From an uncultured Pseudobdellovibrionaceae bacterium (lineage in GTDB: Bacteria; Bdellovibrionota; Bdellovibrionia; Bdellovibrionales; UBA1609): DNA of 64,000 nucleotides. The notes under the pieces were generated by a model. The model was not told where the DNA came from. It worked only from the letters and a program-made list of their open reading frames with translations, and made no database searches. The stretch is taken from assembly GCA_963803705.1 (NCBI GenBank), contig CAWDNU010000001.1:96001-160000 (forward strand), given 5' to 3'. Numbering within the stretch: the stretch's first letter is position 1; each line of letters begins with the position of its first letter. Positions 1 through 11,036 of the stretch are shown here, piece after piece. The translations under genes and the position numbers were made by a program.

Positions 1-235
1 GATGCGTTGATAAAGAAGAGTAATTTTCGTAATTAATCAACTTATCATCGACTAACACCTGTCCTGACGTAGGTACTACTAACCCTGCGATTATTCCGAA
101 CAATGTGCTTTTACCTGCTCCGCTTCGTCCAGTTATAAACACCTTTTCTTTATTCTTAATTTTTAAATTAATATCCACCAAAGCTTTTGTTGGTCCGCTG
201 TACGTCTTGTAGATGTGCTTTAGTTCAATCTGCAT
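1..235 (-). CDS. ftsE: ABC ATP-binding protein, FtsE-like (partial, runs off the window edge)
   Basis: My translation from ATG at 235 gives MQIELKHIYKTYSGPTKALVDINLKIKNKEKVFITGRSGAGKSTLFGIIAGLVVPTSGQVLV, with Walker A GRSGAGKST. Not in the ORF track. Confidence 0.65.
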   Translation of the reverse strand, partial: MQIELKHIYKTYSGPTKALVDINLKIKNKEKVFITGRSGAGKSTLFGIIAGLVVPTSGQVLVDDKLINYENYSSLSTH

Positions 236-490
236 TTAGTACCAATAACCCTGTTTTATTTTAAAAATAGACTCTGAATGCTGGCTATTTAAAACAATAC
301 CCAGTTTGCTTTGAAGTGTACTCTTTTCTAAAGTCAGCCACGACTTATAATTCGTTTTAATGGAACCAAGAACCTTTCCCCCAGAAAAAACTCTAGTAAC
401 TACAAACGGGTTATCTGCCCCCCAGTCTTCAGTCTGGACGTGAAACAGTTTACCTTTGTATTCAATGTCCGTGTTTTCGCATAAAAGCAT
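236..490 (-). CDS. Conserved hypothetical protein (HVQTEDWG motif)
   Basis: 84-aa ORF whose stop abuts the ftsE-like ATG, suggesting an operon. Confidence 0.65.
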   Translation of the reverse strand: MLLCENTDIEYKGKLFHVQTEDWGADNPFVVTRVFSGGKVLGSIKTNYKSWLTLEKSTLQSKLGIVLNSQHSESIFKIKQGYWY

Positions 491-591
491 ATTATTATTT
501 ATAACACGCTCTTTTTTAATAAGTCATGAGATCTCATTTTGAAACACCCAATCAGGACCAAGTTTTGTGTCTATTTTTGACGCGTCATAAT

Positions 592-618
592 TTAGAAGAC
601 TAAGTATAATGCCGATAA
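592..618 (+). promoter_or_regulatory. Putative sigma28 (FliA)-type promoter
   Basis: TTAG-N15-GCCGATAA: perfect FliA -10 box ending 7 nt before the ATG at 626. Confidence 0.5.
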
Positions 619-625
619 ATTATTA

Positions 626-2449
626 ATGATCACAGAGCTTTCTATGTTATTTTTCAAAATTGCTCTCTTAAGCTTTCTGCTGGGTGTAAACACTAAATGT
701 GGGCAACTGAAAAGTAATAACTCTGCAGTGTTAGGAATCGAAAATCGAATTAGCTTAGATCATATTGGGCCGCCTGAACCTAGCTACTGCGTAGCACCAA
801 CTGTCTACTCTAGCAATTTCACAATCAATGGTTCTGCAGTTTTTCAGCACCGGCCGGTAGAAAGAACTTCAACCTTTAAAGGTTTAGGAGCAGTCTCTTC
901 AACTTCCAAACCCATTCGCTTTGCAGAATTTGTAGTGATTGATAATGTTGGTTCGATCGTTCAATGCGGAGAAACAGACATAAACGGAAATTTTAGTTTT
1001 GAAGCACCTGCGACCAATCAGGTTTACAGACTGCAGATTAGATCTCGCGCTGATAATATTTTTTTTAAAGCCAGTGTTCTGAGATCCCCAGAGTCTAATG
1101 AAGTTTACACATTAGATAAGGCTTTTTCCGCCTCTGCAGACCAAACATTTGACCTTGTAGCTAAAGCGACAGGATCTTTGTTAGGTGGAGCCTTTTACAT
1201 ATTAGATGAGATCTATAGCTACAACGAAAAATTAAGACAGCTGGCGGGTATTTGCCCTGGTGTTAGCACAGGTTGTGTTCCTTTTGCCGTCGCACCTAAA
1301 GTGTTGGTCTACTGGGAGAAAGGTTTTAATCCTGGCAGCTACTTACCAGGTTCTCCTACTAGTTCATTTTATTATAAAGGTTTGGGCAGACTCTTTCTTT
1401 TAGGAGGAGTCAACGGTGATGTTGATTTCACTGATACCGATCATTTTGATAGCAGCATTATCGCTCACGAATACTTTCACTTCCTTGAGGATATTTATAG
1501 CCGCAGCGACAGCCCAGGAGGTAGCCATAATGGCAACGAACTTATAGACCCTCGTTTGGCCTGGAGCGAGGGTGTAGCCCAGTTTTTTCAGTCTGTAATG
1601 ACCGGAATAACTCGCGTCCTTGATACTGTAGGTAACGTTGACGGAGCTTCACAACTAATTGTGGATTATTCTGTGGAAATTGCGGAAAATGACTTTCCAT
1701 CTAAACCTGGTGAAGGAGAGTTCCGTGAGTTTTCAGTGGCTCGACTTCTATGGGATCTTTACGATGACACCCCAGGTGAAACAAGTTCAGCTTTAGCATG
1801 CAGCTCACCAAATCTAAATACTGTTCAAGATAAATGTGCAAAAGATGGTTTTATACAATTTTGGTCGGTTATTACTGGTGCTGCTGGACTAAATGGCCCC
1901 CGCCGTTTCATTTCGGCTAGCCTGTTTCATCAGCTGCATAATACTATTACCGCAGGACCCGAGCAGAACTTGGTGCCTTTAAGAATATTTGAAAAGCAGT
2001 TTGCCAACAGAACTAGCTACGGTACTCGATTAGCAAGCTGTGGTGCACCCACGAATTTTGGTATTAACACGCCCTATGTTTCAAATGGAAGCAACAATTT
2101 TCTAAGCAGTCATCTAAGCGCTAACAATAGATATTTTTATATCCAACATTTTGGTGGAACCTTGGCCGTACAATTGGACTCAAGCATTACTACGAGTAAC
2201 GGTCTTTCTGGCACTGCTGATTTTTACGTTTACCCTGAAGAATACACTTTAGGAGGAACTTCTCCAATCGCGGCAAATACTTCAAATTCTACGAGCAAGG
2301 CGGTAAATATCACTACAAGTTTAGCTGCCGGATTTTATATGATTGTCGTAAACGTAAGAGATTTTAATTCAGGCACCGGTTCTATCAATGTCAATTTACA
2401 AGCAGGAGCCAACTTAGCTTCACTGGGAAATTTATGCGTATCGCCTTAA
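626..2449 (+). CDS. Secreted/lipoprotein zinc metallopeptidase-like protein
   Basis: N-terminal hydrophobic signal followed by Cys; HEXXH motif (IAHEYFH) with downstream AWSEG (candidate third ligand Glu); beta-rich flanking domains. Confidence 0.65.
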   Translation: MITELSMLFFKIALLSFLLGVNTKCGQLKSNNSAVLGIENRISLDHIGPPEPSYCVAPTVYSSNFTINGSAVFQHRPVERTSTFKGLGAVSSTSKPIRFAEFVVIDNVGSIVQCGETDINGNFSFEAPATNQVYRLQIRSRADNIFFKASVLRSPESNEVYTLDKAFSASADQTFDLVAKATGSLLGGAFYILDEIYSYNEKLRQLAGICPGVSTGCVPFAVAPKVLVYWEKGFNPGSYLPGSPTSSFYYKGLGRLFLLGGVNGDVDFTDTDHFDSSIIAHEYFHFLEDIYSRSDSPGGSHNGNELIDPRLAWSEGVAQFFQSVMTGITRVLDTVGNVDGASQLIVDYSVEIAENDFPSKPGEGEFREFSVARLLWDLYDDTPGETSSALACSSPNLNTVQDKCAKDGFIQFWSVITGAAGLNGPRRFISASLFHQLHNTITAGPEQNLVPLRIFEKQFANRTSYGTRLASCGAPTNFGINTPYVSNGSNNFLSSHLSANNRYFYIQHFGGTLAVQLDSSITTSNGLSGTADFYVYPEEYTLGGTSPIAANTSNSTSKAVNITTSLAAGFYMIVVNVRDFNSGTGSINVNLQAGANLASLGNLCVSP

Positions 2450-2892
2450 TTATTCTATCTACTTTAACTATTACAAACTGTAGCTACAAATCCGGAACGA
2501 AAGATCAGATAAAGCATCTGACCCTCAAACTAGAAAAGTCCTTGAATGTTCGATTGGAAAAAAAGGGTAAGAGTAAATCAACTTTTAATATCATAGCTCA
2601 TGTAGACAGCCCAGAACCTTTCCTATCAGGCTCTTTTAAGTGGATTGTTACCGACTTCAACAATCAAAAAATTTCAGAAATTTCTGAAGACTTTAGCGGC
2701 CCTCTAACATCAATCAGTTTTGACTCTGGCACTATTGATCTAGCAAACCCAGAATTGAATTACAAAATCATTTTTATATTTAACGGCAAAACAAAAACAG
2801 AATCAATTCATAAGACGCAAATTTATAACTCGTTAATTCAAGAAGATCTGGACAGAGCTATCGAAGATCTGCAAGAACGAAACAAATATTAA
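2434..2892 (+). CDS. Hypothetical lipoprotein
   Basis: Signal MRIALIILSTLTITNC; overlaps the end of the upstream peptidase gene. Confidence 0.6.
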   Translation: MRIALIILSTLTITNCSYKSGTKDQIKHLTLKLEKSLNVRLEKKGKSKSTFNIIAHVDSPEPFLSGSFKWIVTDFNNQKISEISEDFSGPLTSISFDSGTIDLANPELNYKIIFIFNGKTKTESIHKTQIYNSLIQEDLDRAIEDLQERNKY

Positions 2893-2911
2893 AATGTCTA
2901 GAAATATTTAT

Positions 2912-2955
2912 ATCCTGAAATCGAGCTCTTTGGAACGCAAGCTTGCTGATTCAGG
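2912..2955. terminator. Imperfect hairpin between convergent genes
   Basis: TCCTGAAATC...GATTCAGGA with inner GAGCT/AGCTT. Confidence 0.3.
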
Positions 2956-2963
2956 ACTTAATT

Positions 2964-3551
2964 TTACTCAGGGTAGACTCTTATGTCAGGATTAAATTCA
3001 TTTTGTAAAATACTTTCTATTGCTTGAAGTGTGCCCATCATCGATGATGGGCAATTGCCGCAAGCCCCCTGGTAAGCTATTTTTAAAATATTATTTTCAT
3101 AAGCTAAAATTTCAATATCTCCCCCGTCAGCTTGAAGACCAGGCCTAATTGTTCGGTCAAAGATGGCCTCGATCTCTTGGAGTTCTTCAGACATACCCGA
3201 TCTATCTTTAGGTTTTATAAGCGCTTCTTCTTGGGGGGTTAAAAATTCTGGATTGTGGACTGGAAGCCTTGTTTCGATAACAGCTGAAACTTCTTTTTTA
3301 AAATCTTCAAAATCTATAGTGCCGTCATGAGATATGGTAAGAGTGTTTTGAAAAGCATAAACTTGCCTGACGCCGTCAAGCAAAAACAAATCATAAAATA
3401 ATAGATGCTTTTCTGATTCTTGTGGGGAATTAAATGTGGCTTTGCCTTCAGATTTGATAGTTTTATTAGTAATAAATTTTAATGCTTTTGGATTTGGCGT
3501 TATTTGCACTCTAACTTTCACATCCTGAGCACAAAACTGTTGATCAGTCAT
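2964..3551 (-). CDS. nfuA: NifU/Nfu1-type Fe-S carrier (N-terminal Nfu domain + NifU-C domain)
   Basis: TPNPKALKF N-domain; IRPGLQADGGDI...GACGNCPSS (CxxC). Confidence 0.88.
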   Translation of the reverse strand: MTDQQFCAQDVKVRVQITPNPKALKFITNKTIKSEGKATFNSPQESEKHLLFYDLFLLDGVRQVYAFQNTLTISHDGTIDFEDFKKEVSAVIETRLPVHNPEFLTPQEEALIKPKDRSGMSEELQEIEAIFDRTIRPGLQADGGDIEILAYENNILKIAYQGACGNCPSSMMGTLQAIESILQNEFNPDIRVYPE

Positions 3552-4770
3552 TTAACATCTCCTGTGCTTTTTTTATCGCATTTATAAACCGATCACAATC
3601 ATCAAAATCGTTATAAATTGAAAATGAAGCTCGGATTGACGCATTCAAATCCATTTTAGTCATAATGGGTTGAGTGCAGTGATGACCCACGCGAATAGCA
3701 ACACCCAGTTGATCCACTATGGATCCAATATCTGCCGGATGAGTATTTGCTAGATTAAAGGTTATTATATTCTTTTTGGGCTCCAAGGAACCTAAAGGAG
3801 TGAAGCCAGAGAGGTCTCTCAATTTTGATATGCAGTAACTCATGAGCTCAGCCTCATGAGCTTGTAATTCGTCGTAGGAAAGATTTTGAAAGAATTTTAA
3901 ACTCTCTGAAAACGCTATCACAGCACCTATATTTGGTGTGCCCGCTTCAAATTTTTGAGGTGTTGGCAGATAAGTAATCTTATCAAAATCAACATTTGAT
4001 ATCATACTGCCTCCTCCACGAAACTCAGGCATCGAATCTAAAACCTCAACCTTACCAAAAAGCACTCCTAATCCTTCAGGGCCGAAAAGTTTATGAGCTG
4101 AGAATGTAAGAAAATCGCAGTCTAAATTATTTACATCGATGGGCAGGTAGCTAACGCTTTGAGCCGCGTCTACAAAGCTAAAGGCGTCAACTTCTTTAGC
4201 TTTTGAAATTAAAACTTCGATGGGATTTATTATTCCAAATGTGTTCGACATATGAACCATGGATACAACTAATGTTTTATCAGTGATGATTTCAGAGATG
4301 TTGGTTAAGTCCAGATTTCCACTAGTATCGAAAGGAATAGTTTTGATCTTCAAATTAAATTTTTCTGCCAACATATACCATGGCACAATGTTAGAATGAT
4401 GTTCCATTTCGGTTAAGACTATCTCATTTTTATTCGCAATCTTAGAATCAGACCTCATCAGCCATGTGCCCAGCGAACTTGCAACTAAATTGATCGAGTC
4501 TGTTGTTCCACTGGTGTAAATAACTTCTTGCTCCTTACAATTTAAGAAACCGGCTAATTCAGTTCTAGTTTTCTCAAAGTTTTCTGTGGCTTTGTTAGAA
4601 AAATAATGTGCGCCACGATGGACGTTTGAGACCTCGCCGCTTAAGTATTCGGTAAGCCTTTCAATCATAACTCTGGGCTTTAATGTAGTCGCGGCACTGT
4701 CTAAGTAAGTTAAAGGTTTTCCATTGGCGAGCATCTTTAGCTGTGGGAATTCATTTCTTACGCTTTTCAC
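3544..4770 (-). CDS. sufS: Cysteine desulfurase SufS
   Basis: YLDSAATT, NVHRG, FSAHK (PLP lysine), RVGHHC; suf operon context. Confidence 0.95.
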   Translation of the reverse strand: MKSVRNEFPQLKMLANGKPLTYLDSAATTLKPRVMIERLTEYLSGEVSNVHRGAHYFSNKATENFEKTRTELAGFLNCKEQEVIYTSGTTDSINLVASSLGTWLMRSDSKIANKNEIVLTEMEHHSNIVPWYMLAEKFNLKIKTIPFDTSGNLDLTNISEIITDKTLVVSMVHMSNTFGIINPIEVLISKAKEVDAFSFVDAAQSVSYLPIDVNNLDCDFLTFSAHKLFGPEGLGVLFGKVEVLDSMPEFRGGGSMISNVDFDKITYLPTPQKFEAGTPNIGAVIAFSESLKFFQNLSYDELQAHEAELMSYCISKLRDLSGFTPLGSLEPKKNIITFNLANTHPADIGSIVDQLGVAIRVGHHCTQPIMTKMDLNASIRASFSIYNDFDDCDRFINAIKKAQEMLND

Positions 4771-5966
4771 TAAAGCCCGCCTGACCTATTGATAGTTTGT
4801 GCCAGTTTTTCAAAGACTGTTTTTGACGATTTTTCGATAATTGAATGGCACTTTTTCCTGAGCTCCAGTGAATCTATAGCGCTTAAAACCTCACCAGCAA
4901 ATGCTTTAGACAACATCTTGTAAGCAGTTTCTGGGCTTATTCCTCTCGATACTAAATAAAAAATTTGATCCAATCCAAGCTGACCTATTGCAGCTCCGTG
5001 AGCCGCTTTTACATCATCAGCATAAATTTCAAGTTCTGGTTTAGCATTGATAAGTGCTTTCTCGCTTAATAAAATTCCTTGGCATAGCTGTGATGCATCC
5101 GTTTTTTGAGCTTGCGAATCAACAAATATTCTTCCATTAAAAACACTTTGGGCCTGATCGGCACTTATTGTTTTAAACAACTGACGACTTTCCGTTCTAG
5201 GCTTCAAGTGCAAGACTTCAGTTCTAAGTTCTGAAAAATTTTTATCTTCCGATATATTAAATGCGTTTAAGTGCCCAATACACTCTTCGTGATCAAGCAT
5301 TATGCTTTGCTGAACCCTAATCAATTTGTTCTTTAATAAGATACAGATATTCTTATATAAGCTTTTTTCACCCACTTTAATCTCAGAATTATAGATTTTA
5401 GCTTGGTCGCTTGGTTTCGTTTTTCCGGGGGTCAAACCTTGAAAAATAGCAATATGCTCTACGGTTGAATTAGAAATCTCCATCTGCATGTGTAAAGAGA
5501 AAAGCAAAGATCCTTTGGTAAGATCTTCTTCTATCAAATTCAAATTTGAATCATTCACAGAAATTTTAAGGAAAGTACATAGCGCTTGACCGTCATCTGT
5601 ATAACTAATTTTCAAACTAAGATTTTTTTGTCCAGTGACCTCTATAGCTAAGCCAAAGTTTTCCCTGTTCAAAGTTGTTAAGCTAAAGTCCAAATTAGAG
5701 ACTGTGTTTACCAAATCTAAATATTTCAAAACCTTGATCTGAATTAATTTCTCTAAATTTTTTGCTATTCTAATTTCAGTGGGACTAATTACAATTTCGG
5801 AGTAAATGTCATCGCAAAATACTTGGCTAGGTCTAACTGTATTTAAAACACTAGATGCCGTTAAGGACTCGTACATTTTTAAGTCAAAGTACTTCCAACT
5901 TTCATCATTTTTTGAAGGCCATAATTCTCTTTTTTTTAAAAGCTCAAACGGAGATAGGTTAATCAC
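4770..5966 (-). CDS. sufD: Fe-S assembly protein SufD
   Basis: [24 protein letters not shown]. Confidence 0.92.
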   Translation of the reverse strand: MINLSPFELLKKRELWPSKNDESWKYFDLKMYESLTASSVLNTVRPSQVFCDDIYSEIVISPTEIRIAKNLEKLIQIKVLKYLDLVNTVSNLDFSLTTLNRENFGLAIEVTGQKNLSLKISYTDDGQALCTFLKISVNDSNLNLIEEDLTKGSLLFSLHMQMEISNSTVEHIAIFQGLTPGKTKPSDQAKIYNSEIKVGEKSLYKNICILLKNKLIRVQQSIMLDHEECIGHLNAFNISEDKNFSELRTEVLHLKPRTESRQLFKTISADQAQSVFNGRIFVDSQAQKTDASQLCQGILLSEKALINAKPELEIYADDVKAAHGAAIGQLGLDQIFYLVSRGISPETAYKMLSKAFAGEVLSAIDSLELRKKCHSIIEKSSKTVFEKLAQTINRSGGL

Positions 5967-6709
5967 AGCCAGTCGTACCCTTTGCTTTCAAGTTCGATAG
6001 CTAATGACTTGTCACCAGTTTTTACAATTTTTCCATCTTTAATTACATGTACAAAATCTGGTACAATGTAATCTAGTAATCTTTGATAATGTGTGATCAA
6101 AATAATTGATCTTTCTTTGTCTCTAAGTGCATTCACCCCTTCTGACACAATTCTTAACGAATCAATATCTAGCCCCGAGTCAGTTTCATCGAGAATACAA
6201 AGCCGTGGCGAAAGCAGAGCCATTTGTAGAATTTCGTTTCGTTTTTTTTCTCCGCCTGAAAAACCTTCGTTCAGTGATCTGTACAAAAAAGATGGATTAA
6301 TTTCTACAAGTTTAGCTTTTTGCATAACTAAAATTTCAAAATCAGCATCGGATAGTTCCTCGGTTCCTTGGTGCTTGCAAACAGCGTTGAAAGAGGCTCT
6401 TAAAAATTCATAATTTGATACCCCTGGAATTTCTGTCGGATATTGGTAAGCTATAAATACACCTTCCAAGGCTCGCTCGTAGGCTTCTAGTTCCAAGATA
6501 TTTTTCATCGAAGAATTAATTTCGTAATTTATCTCCCCAGACAAAACTTTATAGTCTGGATGTCCAGCTATAACTTTAGAAAGTGTGCTTTTTCCAGATC
6601 CATTTGGACCCATTATTGCGTGAACTTCACCAGGATTTACCTTGATGCTTAAACCTTTCAACACTTCTTTATCTTCAATATTAACTTTTAAATTTTTTAC
6701 TTCTAGCAT
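5963..6709 (-). CDS. sufC: Fe-S assembly ATPase SufC
   Basis: [31 protein letters not shown]. Confidence 0.97.
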   Translation of the reverse strand: MLEVKNLKVNIEDKEVLKGLSIKVNPGEVHAIMGPNGSGKSTLSKVIAGHPDYKVLSGEINYEINSSMKNILELEAYERALEGVFIAYQYPTEIPGVSNYEFLRASFNAVCKHQGTEELSDADFEILVMQKAKLVEINPSFLYRSLNEGFSGGEKKRNEILQMALLSPRLCILDETDSGLDIDSLRIVSEGVNALRDKERSIILITHYQRLLDYIVPDFVHVIKDGKIVKTGDKSLAIELESKGYDWL

Positions 6710-6752
6710 TCAAAACCCTTCAAATGTGCACTGGTTTGACTTTCATGTGCAA

Positions 6753-8189
6753 TTAGCCAACTGAATTTTCTAATTTCATTTCGATAAGCTTCACCGCTTC
6801 GACCGAAAATTCCAATGGTAGCTGCTTAAAAACCTCTTTACAGAAACCGTTTACTAAAATAGAGATCGACTCTTCGATACTAAGTCCACGAGACATCAAA
6901 TAAAAAAGCTGATCTTCACTCAATTTAGAAGTGCTAGCTTCGTGTTCGACAATAGCGGATTTATTTTTAATTTCCATGTAAGGAAAGGTGTTTGCGCGAC
7001 ACTGGTTCCCAACAAGCATTGAATCACATTGCGAGTAGTTCCTTGCGTTCTCTGCCGAGGGCATGATCTTAACGAGGCCTCGATAACTATTCGATGAACT
7101 ATCTGCCGATATTCCCTTTGATATAATTGTGCTTTTCGTGTTCTTTCCTATGTGAATCATTTTGGTTCCAGTATCTGCCTGCATCTTGTCATGTGTTAGA
7201 GCCACGGAATAAAAAGCACCTTCAGAATTTTCACCTTGCAAAATACAACTAGGATACTTCCATGTGATAGCCGAACCCGATTCGACCTGAGTCCAAGAAA
7301 TTTTTGAATTTTTACCCTGACACTTTCCTCTTTTAGTAACAAAGTTATAAATTCCGCCCTTACCCTCTTTATCGCCTGTGTACCAATTTTGAACGGTAGA
7401 GTACTTAATTTCAGCGTCATCCATAGCAATTAATTCCACAACAGCAGCGTGCAGTTGGTTTTCGTCTCTTTGTGGCGCTGTACAGCCTTCCAAATAATTT
7501 ACAAAGCTATCTTCCTCGGCGATTAAAAGTGTTCGTTCAAATTGTCCAGTTTCTTCGGCGTTGATTCTAAAATAAGTCGACAAATCAATCGGACATTTGA
7601 CTCCTTTGGGAATATAGCAAAACGACCCATCGGTAAAAACTGCAGAGTTCAAGGCTGCATAATAATTGTCAGCTGGTGGCACTATCTTTCCTAAATATTT
7701 CTTTACTAAAGCTGGGTGATTTTTGACGGCTTCACTAATGGAACAAAAAACAACTCCGAATTCATCTAATAGTTCATGATTGATAGTCCCTACAGAAACA
7801 CTGTCAAAAACAACATCCATAGCTACATTTGAGAGTCTTTTTTGCTCGGAGATGGGTATGCCAAGCTTCTCAAAAGTTTTTATTAGCTCAGGATCTACTT
7901 CACTTAGATCATTTAACTTTTTTTTATTGCTAGAAGACTTAGGTGCCGAATAGTAAGAAATATTTTGAAAATCGATTTTTGGATAAGAAACTGTCGACCA
8001 ATGTGGCTCTTTCATCTTTTTCCAAGTTTCAAAAGCCTTCAACCTAAAGTCTAACAGCCACTCAGGCTCTTCTTTCTTAGCTGAAATAAACCTAATGACA
8101 TCTTCGTTTAAACCCTTCGGAGCGGTATCAGACTCAATATCTGTGGTAAAACCATATTTATAGCTTCTATCTTTTAGCGCTGAATCCAT
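6753..8189 (-). CDS. sufB: Fe-S assembly protein SufB (start probably ATG 8189)
   Basis: [33 protein letters not shown]. Confidence 0.97.
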   Translation of the reverse strand: MDSALKDRSYKYGFTTDIESDTAPKGLNEDVIRFISAKKEEPEWLLDFRLKAFETWKKMKEPHWSTVSYPKIDFQNISYYSAPKSSSNKKKLNDLSEVDPELIKTFEKLGIPISEQKRLSNVAMDVVFDSVSVGTINHELLDEFGVVFCSISEAVKNHPALVKKYLGKIVPPADNYYAALNSAVFTDGSFCYIPKGVKCPIDLSTYFRINAEETGQFERTLLIAEEDSFVNYLEGCTAPQRDENQLHAAVVELIAMDDAEIKYSTVQNWYTGDKEGKGGIYNFVTKRGKCQGKNSKISWTQVESGSAITWKYPSCILQGENSEGAFYSVALTHDKMQADTGTKMIHIGKNTKSTIISKGISADSSSNSYRGLVKIMPSAENARNYSQCDSMLVGNQCRANTFPYMEIKNKSAIVEHEASTSKLSEDQLFYLMSRGLSIEESISILVNGFCKEVFKQLPLEFSVEAVKLIEMKLENSVG

Positions 8190-8376
8190 GCCTACTTGTG
8201 TCTCTTTAATGTCATAATTTGTCAAAACCTGCTGGCAATTGAGACCCATCAACAGTGTTTTTTACAACTAAAAAAACCTGAATGTCTTGTGCAGAGCTTG
8301 AAAATTCTATGTTTTAACACCATATCTAAGCTTGAAAACAATTTAGTTTGAATCGCTCTCATATTATTGGAGATCC

Positions 8377-9003
8377 ATGAGTTGGCTTAAAACAACAAGG
8401 CAGTTTTTGACCCTTCTATTCGGTATTTTAATTATTCTTGGCCTGTTTCACAGCTGCGTAAGCTATATGGGCTACTCGCAGTCGTATCATCGAATGGAAG
8501 AACCTGTTTTTAAAAATTTCAACAATTACATATATTTAAAAGAAATGGGTAATACTTATGTTTTCACTGTTGATGTACATGGTAAGTCAGTTCCACCTGA
8601 GATTGATTCTATGAATTACTTTAGTCTCGCTTCTTACAATATTGATGCCCAACTAAAATTGATGGTTTCGACTAAAAGCTGTATTTTCATAGATTCGAAG
8701 TTTGATAGTTTAGAGCCCGATGAAATGGATACGATTGTAGAATATCTAAAGGATAAAACCTGCGTTTTTTTTCACACTCCAATTTTAAAAATAAAGTCTT
8801 ATTTCGCCTTCAAAAAACCTCGCTGGTTTTATAGTGTCACCGAGGTCGATTTGCAGAAGAGCCGATTTATGACCTCCGTAGGTCTTCAGAGCGTAGCTCC
8901 CCTAACCGGAGACTTTGTAGTCATAGACACTATCAATGCTCCTGTGACTAACAGACTCTTAAATGAACTTCAGCGAAGAGACAAAATTATTTTTATTAAA
9001 TAA
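8377..9003 (+). CDS. Membrane-anchored hypothetical protein, possibly a degenerate glycerophosphodiester phosphodiesterase-like fold
   Basis: N-terminal TM segment; 208-aa ORF directly upstream of tolQ. The fold guess is weak. Confidence 0.45.
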   Translation: MSWLKTTRQFLTLLFGILIILGLFHSCVSYMGYSQSYHRMEEPVFKNFNNYIYLKEMGNTYVFTVDVHGKSVPPEIDSMNYFSLASYNIDAQLKLMVSTKSCIFIDSKFDSLEPDEMDTIVEYLKDKTCVFFHTPILKIKSYFAFKKPRWFYSVTEVDLQKSRFMTSVGLQSVAPLTGDFVVIDTINAPVTNRLLNELQRRDKIIFIK

Positions 9004-9066
9004 CTCGACTTGTTCATTTCCTATTTCATTGGCAAAATTTATAAGTTATTTGAACGAGGAGTTTCC

Positions 9067-9783
9067 ATGCTTTTAGAACTTTTTTTTAGCACTACTTATG
9101 CAGCCGCAGAAGCCGAAGTAAATATGGGGGCATGGCACGCAATTATGTCAGCCGGGCTGATAGTAAAGTCTACGTTGTTGATACTTTTGTTCATGTCTGT
9201 CTTCTCATGGATGATTATTTTCGCTAAGCGTTCTAAGATTAATAAGATTATAAAGCAAAATAAAATTTTTCTTAAAAAATTTTGGAAATGCACATCCTTG
9301 GAAGAAGCTTTCGAAGATAAGGACGCTTATGAAGCTTCGACGCTTTACTCACTTTTTGCTGATGGCTACAAAGATTTAAAAGAAATATCGAAAATGGATA
9401 CGAAAAATTCCATGATTCAGCCGACAACAATGTTGCAGCGTTCGCTGACGCAAAAAGTAGAAAATCAAATAAACGAATTAGAAAGTCACCTGACTTTTTT
9501 GGCCACCACTGGAAGCTCTGGACCTTTCATTGGACTGTTCGGAACAGTTTGGGGCATCATGGGTGCTTTCCAAAAAATTGGGCAAATGAAAACTGCCAGT
9601 TTAGCCGTTGTCGCTCCGGGTATTTCTGAAGCTTTGATAGCTACTGCAGTAGGCCTGGCTGCCGCCATACCTGCTTCGATAGCCTATAATCATTTCACTA
9701 ACAAAATAAGAAAAGAAGAAGTCGAACTTCATCATTTCGCGAATGAGTTTTTGACGATCGCCGAAAAAAATCTTGCACAGTAA
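9067..9783 (+). CDS. tolQ: TolQ (MotA/TolQ/ExbB family)
   Basis: GPFIGLFGTVWGIM, APGISEALIATA; GAGGA RBS before ATG 9067. Confidence 0.95.
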   Translation: MLLELFFSTTYAAAEAEVNMGAWHAIMSAGLIVKSTLLILLFMSVFSWMIIFAKRSKINKIIKQNKIFLKKFWKCTSLEEAFEDKDAYEASTLYSLFADGYKDLKEISKMDTKNSMIQPTTMLQRSLTQKVENQINELESHLTFLATTGSSGPFIGLFGTVWGIMGAFQKIGQMKTASLAVVAPGISEALIATAVGLAAAIPASIAYNHFTNKIRKEEVELHHFANEFLTIAEKNLAQ

Positions 9784-9808
9784 ATATTTTATCTGAAGGA
9801 ACTAACCT

Positions 9809-10231
9809 ATGGGCATGAGCGGATCAGGTCGAGGACCAAGAAAGGCGATGAGCGAAATAAATGTCACACCTTTGGTTGATGTGATGTTGGTATTACTAAT
9901 TATTTTCATGGTGACAGCTCCGATGATGAAACAGGGGCTCAATGTTAATTTGCCTGAAACTAAAGGCACTGGAACCAAAAGCACACCAAAAAATGACCCA
10001 TTAGTAGTAACCATAAAGCAGAATAACACCGTTTTTATAGGAAAAACTAAAATTGCAGTCGATTTGTTATCTGATAAGATTAAAAGCCTGACATCTACAC
10101 TTACAGATAAACAAGTTTTTTTAGAAGCAGATAAAAAAGTGACATACGACTTGGTTGCTCGTGTGATGGGAGAAATTCAAAGCGCTGGCGTGTATAGAAT
10201 ATCATTAGTCACTGTACCTAGGGACAAATAA
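9809..10231 (+). CDS. tolR: TolR (ExbD/TolR family)
   Basis: EINVTPLVDVMLVLLIIFMV. Confidence 0.95.
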   Translation: MGMSGSGRGPRKAMSEINVTPLVDVMLVLLIIFMVTAPMMKQGLNVNLPETKGTGTKSTPKNDPLVVTIKQNNTVFIGKTKIAVDLLSDKIKSLTSTLTDKQVFLEADKKVTYDLVARVMGEIQSAGVYRISLVTVPRDK

Positions 10232-10237
10232 TATTTT

Positions 10238-11005
10238 ATGCTTCTGATTTCAAAAGAACTTAAACCATATTTAAAAATTTCAATAGGATTTCATATTTCT
10301 ATTTTTTTAATATTTGGTGTAAAAGTATTAATTTTTCCAGATCTATCAGACTTAGACCAAGACGGAACCATTAAAGTGGATATGGTAGCATTACCAAAAA
10401 AAGAGGATAATAAAAAAGTTTCTCCACCAGAGCCAAAAAAAACGGCTAAAAAAGAAAAAGCCATAGAACCCGAAAAAAAACCCGAGACACCAAAAGTGGT
10501 AGCTCCTGTTTTAAAAAAAGACGTCAGTAAAACCAAAGAAGTAAAACCCGAACCAAAAGTCGACGAGTCCGATGCGTTTGCAAAACTCAAAGAGCTTCAG
10601 GCTTTGAAAAAGCTTAAAAGCAAACCTGACCCCGTAGAGCAATCAAATGAAGATAATCCAGAGGTCGAAAATGCTATTAAGGGTAACCGATTGGCAGTCG
10701 GAGACAGTATCGAGGGCGTCAGTCGGATTCAATATACGAACTACAAGCAAATTCTGCATAACTCAGTTAAGAATAAGTGGAATCTTCCAACTTGGATACA
10801 AGACGGCAACTTATTTGCTGAAGCTCTAGTAAAAATTAGCGAAACTGGTCACATTACTGAAAAGCTTTTAACCACATCAAGCGGAAACGCAATGTATGAT
10901 AAATATGTTCTTCAAGCCATAACTGAAGCGTCGCCTTTTCCTGCACCGCCGGATAAGTTTGTTAACATTGTCGGGGTTAAAGGTGTTGTGCTACGATTTC
11001 CTTAA
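10238..11005 (+). CDS. tolA: TolA/TonB-family protein
   Basis: N-terminal TM (SIGFH), Lys/Pro/Glu-rich linker, C-terminal SSGN...ASPFP domain; lies between tolR and tolB. Confidence 0.85.
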   Translation: MLLISKELKPYLKISIGFHISIFLIFGVKVLIFPDLSDLDQDGTIKVDMVALPKKEDNKKVSPPEPKKTAKKEKAIEPEKKPETPKVVAPVLKKDVSKTKEVKPEPKVDESDAFAKLKELQALKKLKSKPDPVEQSNEDNPEVENAIKGNRLAVGDSIEGVSRIQYTNYKQILHNSVKNKWNLPTWIQDGNLFAEALVKISETGHITEKLLTTSSGNAMYDKYVLQAITEASPFPAPPDKFVNIVGVKGVVLRFP

Positions 11006-11036
11006 CCAAACATTTAAAACTATAGGATAATATTTT

